A stretch of 32,000 nt of DNA from assembly GCF_003231495.1 (NCBI RefSeq), contig NZ_PQWO01000004.1, positions 300,001 to 332,000 on the forward strand, given 5' to 3'. Under the pieces are notes generated by a model that saw only the letters and a list, made by a program, of their open reading frames with translations, was not told where the DNA came from and did no database searches. This document shows positions 1-9,403 of this stretch, one piece after another. The position numbers and the translations under genes are program-made. This DNA comes from Acaryochloris thomasi RCC1774. Lineage in GTDB: Bacteria; Cyanobacteriota; Cyanobacteriia; Thermosynechococcales; Thermosynechococcaceae. Each line of letters starts with the position of its first letter. Positions within the stretch are counted from its first letter, which is position 1.

Positions 1-17
1 CTTTTTGCTCTGCGCTG

Positions 18-701
18 ATGGCCAACCCAGATTCTGCTTCTATGAATAAAACGCTGCGTAAGGTTATTAAATTTGTACTGATTGCGGGGGGCGTTGCTTT
101 AGCCATTTGGGCTTTTCAACAGGTGGACCTAGATCCCCTGAAAGCTAAAATCGAGAGCCTTGGACCTTGGGCACCCGTTGGTATTTTTGCGCTACGCACC
201 ATTAGCGTGGTGATTCCTATTGTTCCAAGCACGATATGGGCATTTTTTGCAGGGTCTTTCCTGGACTACCCGGTTGCTGTCGCCACTGTCGTCTTTGCCG
301 ATATCGTCTCCTGTAGCTTGGGTTTTTATCTTGCAAAACGATATGGTCGTGGCCTTGTGGAGAAGCTGGTTGGCACTCGATTCATGGGAAAAGTTGACAA
401 GCTAAGTCAAAAACATCTAGAAAGCAATTTCTTTTTGTTGGCTGGGGCATTAATGACAGGTGCCTTTGACTTTGTAAGCTACAGTGCAGGCTTAACCACA
501 ACAAAATGGAAGATGTTCTTACCAGCCCTAGTACTCGGGGCTCTCGTCTCTGATGCACCGATGGTGGCTATCGGTGCAAACTTGTTTGAAAAAGGCAATG
601 GTTATATGTTTGCCGGACTGGCTATCTTGAGCGCTTTTTGTTTATCGATCTTGGCGGGATGGTTACAAAAACGAGCCTCCCCCTCTGTGACGAACGAATA
701 G
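18..701 (+). CDS. TVP38/TMEM64-family (DedA-superfamily) integral membrane protein
   Basis: 227-aa ORF with an ATG start and several hydrophobic helices. The block PIVPSTIWAFFAGSFLDYPVAV...SCSLGFYLAKRYGRGLVEKL matches my recollection of the TVP38/SNARE-associated family signature. Confidence 0.72.
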   Translation: MANPDSASMNKTLRKVIKFVLIAGGVALAIWAFQQVDLDPLKAKIESLGPWAPVGIFALRTISVVIPIVPSTIWAFFAGSFLDYPVAVATVVFADIVSCSLGFYLAKRYGRGLVEKLVGTRFMGKVDKLSQKHLESNFFLLAGALMTGAFDFVSYSAGLTTTKWKMFLPALVLGALVSDAPMVAIGANLFEKGNGYMFAGLAILSAFCLSILAGWLQKRASPSVTNE

Positions 702-1012
702 AGCTAAAGAGAGCTAGTTGAAACCTCGCTAGCGATGACCATAAGCGGCTGGTCGGCGATGGCGACACCAATTCGGCCCGCTTCAGCCTACTAACACACC
801 GATACATATTGATTAGAGCAGATATTTCTGTAGCATCAGCCGCACAAGGGTGCAGGCATTCGTGCGGAGCGAAGATCTCACCTGAGCCAACGACACAGAA
901 GATAGGTTGCTTTCTTTCATCCCTTACTATGAGAGCCTTACTATGAAAATGCTCGTGATACCCTACTTGCACTGGAGTGGGTAGATTGAGTGCAACGCTA
1001 CCGGCTTAGAAT

Positions 1013-1933
1013 ATGAACGAGACCTCAGAACAAACGGCGACCCTGCATCCGGCCCTGCAGACTGCGCTAGCTAGCCTAGATCTAACCGTAGAATCTGAGC
1101 TGACCTATTACCGTCAGCAGCAGGCTCAGCTTTTAATCCCGCCCGAAGAAAGCGCCGCTTTGGTCTCTGAATCGCAGCCTGAGATCGAAGCAGAACCCCA
1201 AGCCTTAGCAAGCGCCATTGAAGCCCCTGAGCCGCCCCCTATTGACCCTGCAATGCATCCCGAACCCGTTGTTGCTAGTGCCAGCAGTGCAGAATCTGAA
1301 ACGCTGGCAGAGCCAGAAACACTGCCCGATGCCGCTCTCGTGCCCGAGCCTGAAATTCAGGAAGCTGCGCTCGTCACGACCCATAACGATCGGCCTGCCG
1401 AAACCGAGGACATGATTGCAATCGAGACACCGCCGGATGCAGCCCTCGACTCTGAGACAGCAGAGCCGCTGAGTACGCCACCTCCAGCGGACTTTCCAAA
1501 GTCTTACGAAAACTATTTAGATCCCTCCATTGAGGATTATCTGGAGTCATCTGAGGCTCTCCTCCGCCATTTAGAAGAATCGAAGGCAGAGCCAGAACAG
1601 AAACCTAAGCAGAACAAGAAGCTTCTACCGGGACTCCTCTTGGCATTATTTGTCTTGAGTTTAGGTGCGCTTATGCTTCGGGGACTCAGGCGTGGAAAAC
1701 GCCCTGCCGATCCGCCTCCCGCAGAGACGGTTTCCCCGTCTCCGTCTCCATCCTTAGCACCTTCGCCATCCCTGGGCTTGCCGCAGCTACCGATCACGCC
1801 TAGCCCCACACCTAGTCCAGCTCCTAGCGGAACAGCAACGCCTAGCCCCACGCCCAGTTCGATACCGCTCCAACCTCCCAGCCCGACGGTAACCGCGAGT
1901 CCATCACCGTCTCCTAGCCCAGCATCTCCCTGA
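1013..1933 (+). CDS. Acidic/proline-rich bitopic membrane protein, family not recognised
   Basis: 306-aa ORF. It has an ordered-looking N-terminus (LHPALQTALASLDLTVESELTYYRQQQ), a long E/P/A-rich acidic region and one hydrophobic helix (LLPGLLLALFVLSLGALML followed by RGLRRGKR). The tail is an (S/T)P repeat (SPSPSPSLAPSPS...SPSPSPSPASP). Confidence 0.6.
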   Translation: MNETSEQTATLHPALQTALASLDLTVESELTYYRQQQAQLLIPPEESAALVSESQPEIEAEPQALASAIEAPEPPPIDPAMHPEPVVASASSAESETLAEPETLPDAALVPEPEIQEAALVTTHNDRPAETEDMIAIETPPDAALDSETAEPLSTPPPADFPKSYENYLDPSIEDYLESSEALLRHLEESKAEPEQKPKQNKKLLPGLLLALFVLSLGALMLRGLRRGKRPADPPPAETVSPSPSPSLAPSPSLGLPQLPITPSPTPSPAPSGTATPSPTPSSIPLQPPSPTVTASPSPSPSPASP

Positions 1934-1934
1934 A

Positions 1935-3911
1935 CTAGCGATGACGAGAGACGCTGATGGCCGAACCTTGAGGTTCATTGGCTAGCAGAACGTCACGAAT
2001 GACGCGGGCCGCTAGTTTTTGAGCAAGGCCATTGGCAACCTGCTGTCCTAGACGATGGGTTTCTGGGCGGACCAGAATTGCCGCGATGGCGGGTACAAGC
2101 TGAAACGGGTCAAAGCTCTGGGTTTCCTGCAGAAGGCCCATAATTCGCTGCATCTGCGCCAATGTTTCGCTGAAGTCAGGAGGCGTGCTGGTGGACGACG
2201 GCATGCTGTGATCAGCCTTCTCAGTTAAGCTTCGCAAGGGTGCCAACGCAGTATGGAGCGCTGTTTGACCCAGGTTATCTAAGCCATTGACCAACTCCTG
2301 AGCGATGCGATCGCGCATAAACTCGCCTCGTTCTGAGAAGAGAAAATCTAGAGCCTGATCTAGAGAGCCGTTGAGGTCATAGTCATAGTTGTTTTGAGCA
2401 TTACGGAGCAGATTTTCTAAGCGATTCCAGCGAAACTCCTCTTCCTTAAACAGCAGGTCAATCAGACTCTGCCGTAGCTCAGGGGCTGGATCAGTAAGAA
2501 TTCGTTTTGCTACGTAGGGATAGGCTGCGCTCAAAACCTTGAATTCTTCGTCAACTCCAATAGCGATCCCTTCCATCGTCAGCAGCGATCGCACAATCAG
2601 TGCATAGTAGGACGGCACCTGAAAGGGATACTCGTACATCAATTCTGATAGATCATCAAAAATACTCTGAATGTTGAGTTCCGCCACGCTGGCGCCCAGA
2701 GCATTATTAAAGACGACCCCCAATGCCGGAACGATGGGTGCTAAATCGGTATCCGGCGTCAAAAAACCCAAACGCACGTAGTCATGGGCCAACGCCTCAA
2801 ACTCACGATTGACGATGTGGACAATGGCATTGATGAGGCCATAGCGCTGGTCGACACGAATCTCACTCATCATGCCGAAGTCAAGGTAGGCCAGCTTGCC
2901 GTCGGGTGTCGCCAGCAAATTGCCGGGGTGGGGATCGGCATGAAAAAAGCCATGCTCTAGCAGCTGACGAAGTGAGCACTGAACGCCAACATCAATCAGA
3001 TGTCGAGCATCAATACCTTGAGCCAAGATCTTTTCGGGTTGGGTTAGCTTTGTGCCATCAATCCACTCCATTGTCAGCACCCGGCGGCTCGTATATTCCC
3101 AGTGAATGGTCGGGACATGAATTTCGGGTAGGTATCCATACAGTTCAGCAAAATGCTCAGCGTTGTGACCTTCCTGTACGTAGTCCATCTCTTCGAATAG
3201 GCGGCCGGCGAACTCATCCAGAATCGCTACTAGATCACTACGCGGATTGAACTGTTTTTGTGCCCAAGTCGCTAAGCTGCGGAGTAGATAGATATCTAGG
3301 GCAATTTGTTCTGCGAGCCCCGGGCGCTGCACCTTAACTGCGACCTGTTCACCCGAGCGCAGTCGTCCTTTATAAACCTGCCCGAGAGAAGCCGCCGCAA
3401 TCGGGTCAGGACTCAGCTCTGCAAAAAGCTCGTGGGGTGGCTGGCCCAGACCTTCTTCAATGAAGCGAAAGGCAATCTGGTTGTCGAACGGCGGAATTTG
3501 ATCCTGCAGCCTGGACAGCTCTTCAAGGTAAACCGGGGGCAAAATATCAGGCCGAGTGGAGAGAGCTTGACCAATTTTGATAAAGGCTGGTCCCAGCTCT
3601 GTGAGCATTTCGCGTAGCTGCACAGCCCGTTTGCGCTGCTGCTTCGGGCTCAATCCTGCTCGTTGATCCCACCAGCGATTGAGCTGAAGCCGCGCAAATG
3701 AGGACGTAATCAGCCACCATCGCCGTGCAACTTTGACGTACTGCCCTCGATACTGCTGCTGAATCTGGGCCGGATCGTAGCGAGGGCCAGACGGACGCTT
3801 GACAATAGGCTGAGCAGACTTAGACGGCTCTGTCGCAGGCCAAACAAGGGCTCCCGCCGACGTGTAGGCTGAAGTCGAAGGTGAAGCAATAGACTTAGAT
3901 GCCAAGGTCAT
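1935..3911 (-). CDS. ABC1/UbiB (AarF/ADCK) family atypical protein kinase
   Basis: 658-aa ORF with the family blocks FIKIGQALSTRPDILP, AAASLGQVYKG, VAVKVQRPG, FFHADPHPGNL and YLDFGMM. Confidence 0.9.
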   Translation of the reverse strand: MTLASKSIASPSTSAYTSAGALVWPATEPSKSAQPIVKRPSGPRYDPAQIQQQYRGQYVKVARRWWLITSSFARLQLNRWWDQRAGLSPKQQRKRAVQLREMLTELGPAFIKIGQALSTRPDILPPVYLEELSRLQDQIPPFDNQIAFRFIEEGLGQPPHELFAELSPDPIAAASLGQVYKGRLRSGEQVAVKVQRPGLAEQIALDIYLLRSLATWAQKQFNPRSDLVAILDEFAGRLFEEMDYVQEGHNAEHFAELYGYLPEIHVPTIHWEYTSRRVLTMEWIDGTKLTQPEKILAQGIDARHLIDVGVQCSLRQLLEHGFFHADPHPGNLLATPDGKLAYLDFGMMSEIRVDQRYGLINAIVHIVNREFEALAHDYVRLGFLTPDTDLAPIVPALGVVFNNALGASVAELNIQSIFDDLSELMYEYPFQVPSYYALIVRSLLTMEGIAIGVDEEFKVLSAAYPYVAKRILTDPAPELRQSLIDLLFKEEEFRWNRLENLLRNAQNNYDYDLNGSLDQALDFLFSERGEFMRDRIAQELVNGLDNLGQTALHTALAPLRSLTEKADHSMPSSTSTPPDFSETLAQMQRIMGLLQETQSFDPFQLVPAIAAILVRPETHRLGQQVANGLAQKLAARVIRDVLLANEPQGSAISVSRHR

Positions 3912-4004
3912 AATAAAAATTAAGCTGCAACTGCGGGAGAAGAGAACTCTCAGAATTACTGACTGAGCAGCAACATATCTTCAGAATATCTTTAGAAAGC
4001 TCTC

Positions 4005-4021
4005 TTGTAACGCATTGTAAC
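4005..4021. repeat. Direct repeat TTGTAAC-GCA-TTGTAAC in the divergent promoter region
   Basis: An exact 7-bp repeat sits at 4005-4011 and 4015-4021, a 10-bp period. An inverted copy GTTACA is at 4115-4120 and a near copy GTTAAC at 4124-4129. The function is unknown; the confidence refers only to the repeat being present. Confidence 0.5.
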
Positions 4022-4348
4022 AATAAGCTCGAGAAATGGGGAAAAGTCCATCTATTGCTGGACCTTAACCAATTAGCTTATTCCGCTGTAGGTGCTGCTG
4101 GGAAATGGGCCAATGTTACAGTTGTTAACAGTACGGTTCATTTGTATTACTCATGGAATTGCCTCTACGGTCGTATCGCAATTAACTGTCACAGATTCTG
4201 CATTCAGGTATGCTGCGATGAGCTTTAGAGCGATAGATCTATGACTGGCAATGCAGGTAATGGCCCGTCACTACTTGTCCATCTCATCGCATGTGACTTC
4301 TGTGGACCCTTGCGACCACATTTACTCTGACGGACGAGGTTTTAAGAT

Positions 4349-5305
4349 ATGAGAAGTACTGACACATCGAAAGATCTGGTTCGGACATATTTACGCGAAA
4401 TTGGCCGTGTGCCCTTGCTGACTCACGAGCAAGAGATCACCTACGCGAAACAAGTTCAGCGCTTTATTGAGCTTCAGACTTTAAGAACAGAGTTAGTCGA
4501 AAAGCTAGAACAAGAACCAGCCTTGGAGCAATGGGCAGAAGCCGCTCAGGTCTCTGCAACAGACCTACAGCAGCAAATCACTGACGGTGAAGCTGCGAAG
4601 CGCAAAATGGTGGAAGCCAATCTGCGTTTGGTGGTATCCGTTGCCAAGAAATATATTAAGCGCAATGTTGATCTGCTGGATTTAATTCAAGAAGGCACGA
4701 TTGGTATGACGCGGGGCGTCGAAAAATTTGATCCCACGAAGGGCTACCGATTCTCGACCTATGCCTACTGGTGGATTCGTCAAGCCATCACCCGCGCGAT
4801 CGCGGAGAAGGGACGCACGATTCGCCTGCCTATTCACATTACTGAAAAGCTTAATAAGATCAAGAAGACACAGCGACAGTTGGCCCAAGAACTGGGACGA
4901 GCCGCTACGATTGATGAACTCGCTGAAGCACTCAATCTAAGCTCAAAGCAGGTACGTGAATACCTAGATCGCTCACGGTTGCCGCTCTCTTTAGATGTCA
5001 AGGTTGGTGACAATCAAGATACTGAGTTGGGGGAGCTGATTGAAGATCCCTCTGCCTCTCCTGAGACTTATACCTTTCAAGTCTCGTTGCGCCAGGATTT
5101 GCAGCGCTTGATGGCTGACTTGACGTCTCAGCAACAGCAAGTGTTAACGCTCCGTTTCGGTCTTGATAGTGGTAAACCCCTCACCTTGGCGAAGGTCGGA
5201 GAACAGCTTGAAATTAGTCGAGAGCGTGTCCGCCAGATTGAGCGTGAGGCCTTGAATAAGCTGCGTAAACGCAAGGCAGATATCCATGAGTATTTAGCCA
5301 GTTAA
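4349..5305 (+). CDS. RNA polymerase sigma factor, sigma-70 family, group 2 type
   Basis: 318-aa ORF. Region 1.2 is [21 protein letters not shown]. Region 2 is [11 protein letters not shown]...[40 protein letters not shown]. Region 4.2 is [28 protein letters not shown]. There is no long region 1.1, and GAGG lies 11 nt upstream of the ATG. Confidence 0.93.
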   Translation: MRSTDTSKDLVRTYLREIGRVPLLTHEQEITYAKQVQRFIELQTLRTELVEKLEQEPALEQWAEAAQVSATDLQQQITDGEAAKRKMVEANLRLVVSVAKKYIKRNVDLLDLIQEGTIGMTRGVEKFDPTKGYRFSTYAYWWIRQAITRAIAEKGRTIRLPIHITEKLNKIKKTQRQLAQELGRAATIDELAEALNLSSKQVREYLDRSRLPLSLDVKVGDNQDTELGELIEDPSASPETYTFQVSLRQDLQRLMADLTSQQQQVLTLRFGLDSGKPLTLAKVGEQLEISRERVRQIEREALNKLRKRKADIHEYLAS

Positions 5306-5404
5306 GTCTTAATTTGTGTACCTTCGGGTTCGGTTCTGCCCACTACGGAGATCTCTGTAGCGTTGTTATCGTGGGCTTATCAGGCCATTAGGTAGGATTT
5401 CTAA

Positions 5405-5740
5405 ATGGATAATCTTAGAGAAGACCCCTCCGCTAATTTTGACGCTCCCTCTAGCCCGTCCACCAATCAGCTTTGGCAGTACGTACAGTCTATGGATGAG
5501 AGTTCTGTCGGCCGTCTTTCAAAGCCAGAGTCTGAGGAGGTAAAACAGGTTATGGAGCGCCATATCCTGTCATTGCTGGGCAATCTGCCGTCAGAACAGT
5601 TTGATGTGATGGTTAGTACCAGTCGTGAACACTTGGCACATCTCATGTCTGTGGCAATGCTGAACGGCTATTTTCTGCGGGCAGCTGAGCAACGCCTAGC
5701 GGTGGAGCGCCTTGTGCAGTCAGATTTAGCTGTGGATTGA
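5405..5740 (+). CDS. DUF760-like small conserved protein (cyanobacteria/plastid lineage)
   Basis: 111-aa ORF with AGGA 8 nt upstream of the ATG. The C-terminal block LAHLMSVAMLNGYFLRAAEQRLAVE matches my recollection of DUF760 (M.GYFLR.AEQRL). Confidence 0.62.
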   Translation: MDNLREDPSANFDAPSSPSTNQLWQYVQSMDESSVGRLSKPESEEVKQVMERHILSLLGNLPSEQFDVMVSTSREHLAHLMSVAMLNGYFLRAAEQRLAVERLVQSDLAVD

Positions 5741-5775
5741 GTCTTTATATATTGGGGGCTAAAATCGACTTAAGG

Positions 5776-6864
5776 ATGAAATCGGTCCCGCCATCTGTCG
5801 TTCAGCCTTTACGGACTTCGCTAAAAATCTGGTATGACCAGTGGGGTCGAGATTTGCCTTGGCGGCAGACGCTCGACCCCTATGCGATTTGGATCTCGGA
5901 AATCATGCTGCAGCAAACGCAGGTGAAGACGGTGATCCCTTATTATCAGCGTTGGTTAAAGCGGTTCCCGACGCTTGAGGTATTGGCTGCCGCTGATCAG
6001 CAGCAGGTGCTTAAGCTTTGGCAGGGATTGGGCTACTATGCGCGCGCCCGTAATCTTCATCGTGCAGCTCAGATAATTGTGACGGAATGGGGCGGTCGAT
6101 TTCCTGATACGCTAGATGCGGTTCTGCAGTTGCCAGGTGTGGGTAAAACCACTGCGGGCGGGATTCTGAGCGCGGCTTTCGATCAGCCAGTTCCGATTTT
6201 AGATGGCAATGTTAAGCGGGTTTTAGCTCGATTAACGGCGCTGTCTGTACCGCCTAAACGAGCGCTGCTCCACCTCTGGTTGGTCTCTGAACAGGTGTTG
6301 GATCCTGAGTATCCGCGCGGTTTCAATCAAGCTCTGATGGATTTGGGGGCGACGATTTGTCTGCCCAAGCAGCCGAGTTGCGATCGCTGTCCCTGGTCAG
6401 AATTTTGCCAAGCTTATCTTTTGAATTTGCAAACAAAATTACCTATGTCTGAACCTCGCTCTCCCCTGCCCCATAAGCAAATTGGGGTTGCTGTGATCTG
6501 GAATGATCAGGGCCAAGTTTTAATCGATAGACGTCCCCAAAAGGGATTGCTGGGCGGACTATGGGAATTCCCTGGAGGTAAGGTTGAAGCGGGCGAAACT
6601 ATTCCTGACTGCATTGCTCGGGAAATCAAAGAGGAGCTGGGCATTGAGATTGAGGTGGGCGATCATTTGATCACCGTGGATCATGCCTATACGCACTTCA
6701 AGGTAACGCTAACGGTTCACCACTGCCGTCATCTGGTGGGAGAGCCACAGCCGATTGCATGTGATGAGGTCCGCTGGGTTACGTTGGATGATATTGAGAT
6801 GTACCCTTTCCCGAGCGCCAATCAACAAATTATTGATGCGCTTCGCCATCAAACTCCCCAGTAA
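5776..6864 (+). CDS. mutY: A/G-specific adenine DNA glycosylase MutY with a MutT-like C-terminal Nudix domain
   Basis: Motifs seen: HhH-GPD core (RDLPWR, ISEIMLQQTQV, WQGLGYYARARNLH, LPGVGKTTAGGIL) and a 4Fe-4S loop CLPKQPSCDRCPWSEFC. The C-terminal Nudix fold carries GGKVEAGETIPDCIAREIKEELGI. I chose the ATG at 5776 as start. An alternative TTG at 5737 would overlap the DUF760 stop as TTGA. Confidence 0.88.
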   Translation: MKSVPPSVVQPLRTSLKIWYDQWGRDLPWRQTLDPYAIWISEIMLQQTQVKTVIPYYQRWLKRFPTLEVLAAADQQQVLKLWQGLGYYARARNLHRAAQIIVTEWGGRFPDTLDAVLQLPGVGKTTAGGILSAAFDQPVPILDGNVKRVLARLTALSVPPKRALLHLWLVSEQVLDPEYPRGFNQALMDLGATICLPKQPSCDRCPWSEFCQAYLLNLQTKLPMSEPRSPLPHKQIGVAVIWNDQGQVLIDRRPQKGLLGGLWEFPGGKVEAGETIPDCIAREIKEELGIEIEVGDHLITVDHAYTHFKVTLTVHHCRHLVGEPQPIACDEVRWVTLDDIEMYPFPSANQQIIDALRHQTPQ

Positions 6865-6905
6865 CGTTAGACGTGTTTGAACGATAGGTTAAAGGAACCG
6901 CCAGC

Positions 6906-7511
6906 TTGAGTACTGTTTATACCCGTCCGCTAGCTCGCCTTGTTGAGCAACTCCAGCGCCTCCCTGGCGTTGGTCCTAAAACAGCGCAGCGGTTAGCGCT
7001 ACACATCCTCAAACGACCTGAGACAGAGGTTCGTGCCCTGGCACAGGCCCTAGTCGAAGCGAAGCAGCAGGTTGGGTTTTGCTCGGTCTGTTTTCACCTC
7101 TCAGCAGAGCCGGTCTGTGATATTTGCCGCGCCCCTAACCGTGAGGGAGCAGCACTCTGCGTGGTGGCTGATTCCAGAGATGTGATTGCCCTCGAAAAGA
7201 CAAGAGAGTTCCGGGGCCGTTACCATGTGCTCGGCGGCTTGATTTCACCTATGGATGGTCTGGGGCCTGAGCAGCTTAATATTCAGGCTTTGGTGCAGCG
7301 AGTGGGTCAGTCTGATGACATTAAGGAAGTCATTTTAGCGATCAACCCCAGCGTTGAGGGCGAAACGACAACGTTGTATGTAGGGCAGCTTTTGAAGCCC
7401 TTTACGCGGGTGACCCGCATTGCCTTTGGATTACCCATGGGGGGCGATCTAGAGTATGCCGACGAGGTGACGTTAGCGCGTGCGCTTGAGGGGCGACGAG
7501 AGCTTGATTAG
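6906..7511 (+). CDS. recR: Recombination protein RecR
   Basis: 201-aa ORF with an HhH motif ([17 protein letters not shown]), a Cys4 zinc finger ([16 protein letters not shown]) and a Toprim region. The start is TTG, with AAAGGAA 8 nt upstream. Confidence 0.93.
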   Translation: MSTVYTRPLARLVEQLQRLPGVGPKTAQRLALHILKRPETEVRALAQALVEAKQQVGFCSVCFHLSAEPVCDICRAPNREGAALCVVADSRDVIALEKTREFRGRYHVLGGLISPMDGLGPEQLNIQALVQRVGQSDDIKEVILAINPSVEGETTTLYVGQLLKPFTRVTRIAFGLPMGGDLEYADEVTLARALEGRRELD

Positions 7512-8050
7512 ATCTTTTGCTTCACGAACTTAACGAGCTGAGCCAGCGCTTTCTTTAGATTAGCGACTTCATCTTCGAGACCCTCGATTCTTTGATGGAG
7601 AGCAGCAACTTCTGAGGTATCGATAGACGGCGCTGCAACTTTGAGAGGGGCCGCCCCTGTTCTGATGCGGGGTTGCTTCGATTTTGTGATTGCACCTTTG
7701 ATTGCACCTTGGAGCTGATGCTTCTCAAAGGGTTTTTCAATAAATTCAAAAAACTCAAATGGCTCTGATAGCTTGTCGGTGACTTCTTCTTTCCGCCCTG
7801 ACATAATCACAAGGGGAATAGCCTGCAGACTTTGCTCAAGCTGGAGCTCTTGATAAACTTCCCAGCCACTGAGGCGCGGCAGCAAGAAATCTAGCATGAT
7901 TAGGTTAGGACGCTCTTGACGAATCAAGTTCAGCCCCTCGACGCCATCTTTGGCTTCTAGAACCTGAAAGTCACCGTCTGGAAGCATGTCCCTGACTCGC
8001 ATCCGGATGACTTTACTGTCATCAATCACTAGGATTTTATGACCTGCCAC
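7508..8050 (-). CDS. CheY-like response regulator (receiver domain plus C-terminal coiled-coil tail, no DNA-binding domain)
   Basis: 180-aa ORF. Receiver motifs are ILVIDDS, the phospho-acceptor context LIMLDFLLP and VIMSG. The C-terminal heptad-like tail is [31 protein letters not shown]. The start is GTG, preceded by GGAG. Confidence 0.85.
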   Translation of the reverse strand: MAGHKILVIDDSKVIRMRVRDMLPDGDFQVLEAKDGVEGLNLIRQERPNLIMLDFLLPRLSGWEVYQELQLEQSLQAIPLVIMSGRKEEVTDKLSEPFEFFEFIEKPFEKHQLQGAIKGAITKSKQPRIRTGAAPLKVAAPSIDTSEVAALHQRIEGLEDEVANLKKALAQLVKFVKQKI

Positions 8051-8296
8051 GTGTATCTCCTGCGCCCACTGCTGGTTTTAAGTTTTCAATCTTACATTAG
8101 TCTTCATCAGTAAAGATAGCTCTGTCAATGCATTCCTCTGCATTAGAGCTAGCTGTCTTTGATTCTGACTCTTTATTAAGCTTTCCCAACTGATCCCTGA
8201 ATTGAATCATTGTTCAGAAATTGCACAGGTCTTTATTCTGCAAAAATTAACGAGTAATTTAGGGAATGACTATAGCTTGGCGATGCAAGTAGAGCA

Positions 8297-9277
8297 GTGG
8301 TAGTGTGCGGAGGAACTGCTGTCATTGTCTTACCTGCCATGCCATTTTTTCAGGCTGATGGAGAACTTGCTGCCCACGGGAATCAAATTTTAGAGGCAGC
8401 TTGGGAAAAGTTCCCAGACTTGCCGCGCAATCAAATTGCGTTGACTTGGTTGGTGTACGATCCGCCGTTCCCGACAAACACTGGGGGGGCACTGGATGCC
8501 CAGACGTTCTGGCAGTATCCTGTGCGAGGTTTTAGCTATCGGGGGATGGAGCGGATTTATCCAGCGAGTGTGGTTAAACTCTTCTATCTAGTAGCCTGTC
8601 ACGAGTGGCTAGAAACGGGGATGCTGCCGCCGTCGGTTGAACTGGAGCGGGCGATGCGGGATATGATTGCCGACTCTAGCAATGATGCGACGAGTCTGGT
8701 GGTGGATATGTTGACGGGCACCACGAGCGGCCCAGAGCTACCTTCAGAGCCGTTTGAGACTTGGAAACACCAAAGGAATTTGGTGAATCGCTATTTTCAG
8801 TCCCTCGATTGGCTGGAGCTAGAGACGGTCAATATCAACCAGAAAACCTGGGGAGATGGTCCTTACGGTCGGGAAAGTCTCTTTGTCGCCAATCAAAATC
8901 GCAATATGCTGACGACGGATGCGGTGGCGCGATTAATTCACAGTGTGATGGGGGGTGTGGCTGTTTCGGGGTTGCGATCGCAACAAATGGCAGCCCTCAT
9001 GCAACGCAGCCTAAGCCCTAACGACCTTACCGCAGACCCTGAAAACCAGATCACCGGATTCCTCGGCGGTGGACTGCCCCCAAATGCTCAAGTCTGGTCT
9101 AAAGCAGGTTGGACCAGTACCGTACGGCATGATGCCGCCTATATCGAACTGCCTCAACACTATCCCTATACCCTAGTGGTGTTCACTGAAGGACCCATTA
9201 TTAGTCAAAACCAAGAGCTTTTACCCTTCATCTCCCAGCAGATTGCCGCAGCCGTTCCCCAACAGGAGAAGGGCTAA
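8297..9277 (+). CDS. Serine hydrolase, class A beta-lactamase-like fold
   Basis: SxxK (ASVVKLFY), an SxN-type motif (SSNDATS) and a K(T/A)G motif (SKAGWTS) occur in the expected order. The start is uncertain: GTG at 8297 or ATG at 8339. Confidence 0.72.
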   Translation: MVVCGGTAVIVLPAMPFFQADGELAAHGNQILEAAWEKFPDLPRNQIALTWLVYDPPFPTNTGGALDAQTFWQYPVRGFSYRGMERIYPASVVKLFYLVACHEWLETGMLPPSVELERAMRDMIADSSNDATSLVVDMLTGTTSGPELPSEPFETWKHQRNLVNRYFQSLDWLELETVNINQKTWGDGPYGRESLFVANQNRNMLTTDAVARLIHSVMGGVAVSGLRSQQMAALMQRSLSPNDLTADPENQITGFLGGGLPPNAQVWSKAGWTSTVRHDAAYIELPQHYPYTLVVFTEGPIISQNQELLPFISQQIAAAVPQQEKG

Positions 9278-9403
9278 AGAATAGATCCGTATTGACCTCA
9301 GCCGTGACCTATCGGTTCAAGGGAAGTAACCCTCTATACTAAGGAGTGATCCTGTGGCGGAGAAATGTCGGCATGAGCCATCTACGGCTCTAACGGTCAC
9401 ATC

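Noticed and set aside
622-972. 116-aa minus-strand ORF
   Set aside because: It overlaps the 3' end of the TVP38-like gene. It has no recognisable motifs and its composition looks like translated non-coding DNA or antisense sequence.
1537-1851. 104-aa Gly-rich minus-strand ORF
   Set aside because: It is the mirror image of the (S/T)P-repeat coding region on the plus strand, so the open frame is a by-product of low-complexity sequence.
4121-4134. NtcA-like site GTTGTTAACAGTAC
   Set aside because: It has one mismatch to GTA-N8-TAC. I found no properly spaced (about 22 nt) TAN3T -10 box; the nearest TATTAC is only about 10 nt downstream. I kept it only as a low-interest note.
5343-5360. Hairpin CTACGGA-GATC-TCTGTAG after the sigma factor gene as an intrinsic terminator
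   Set aside because: The 7-bp stem includes a G-U pair and is followed by CGTTGTTATC rather than a clear U-tract. That is too weak to call a terminator.
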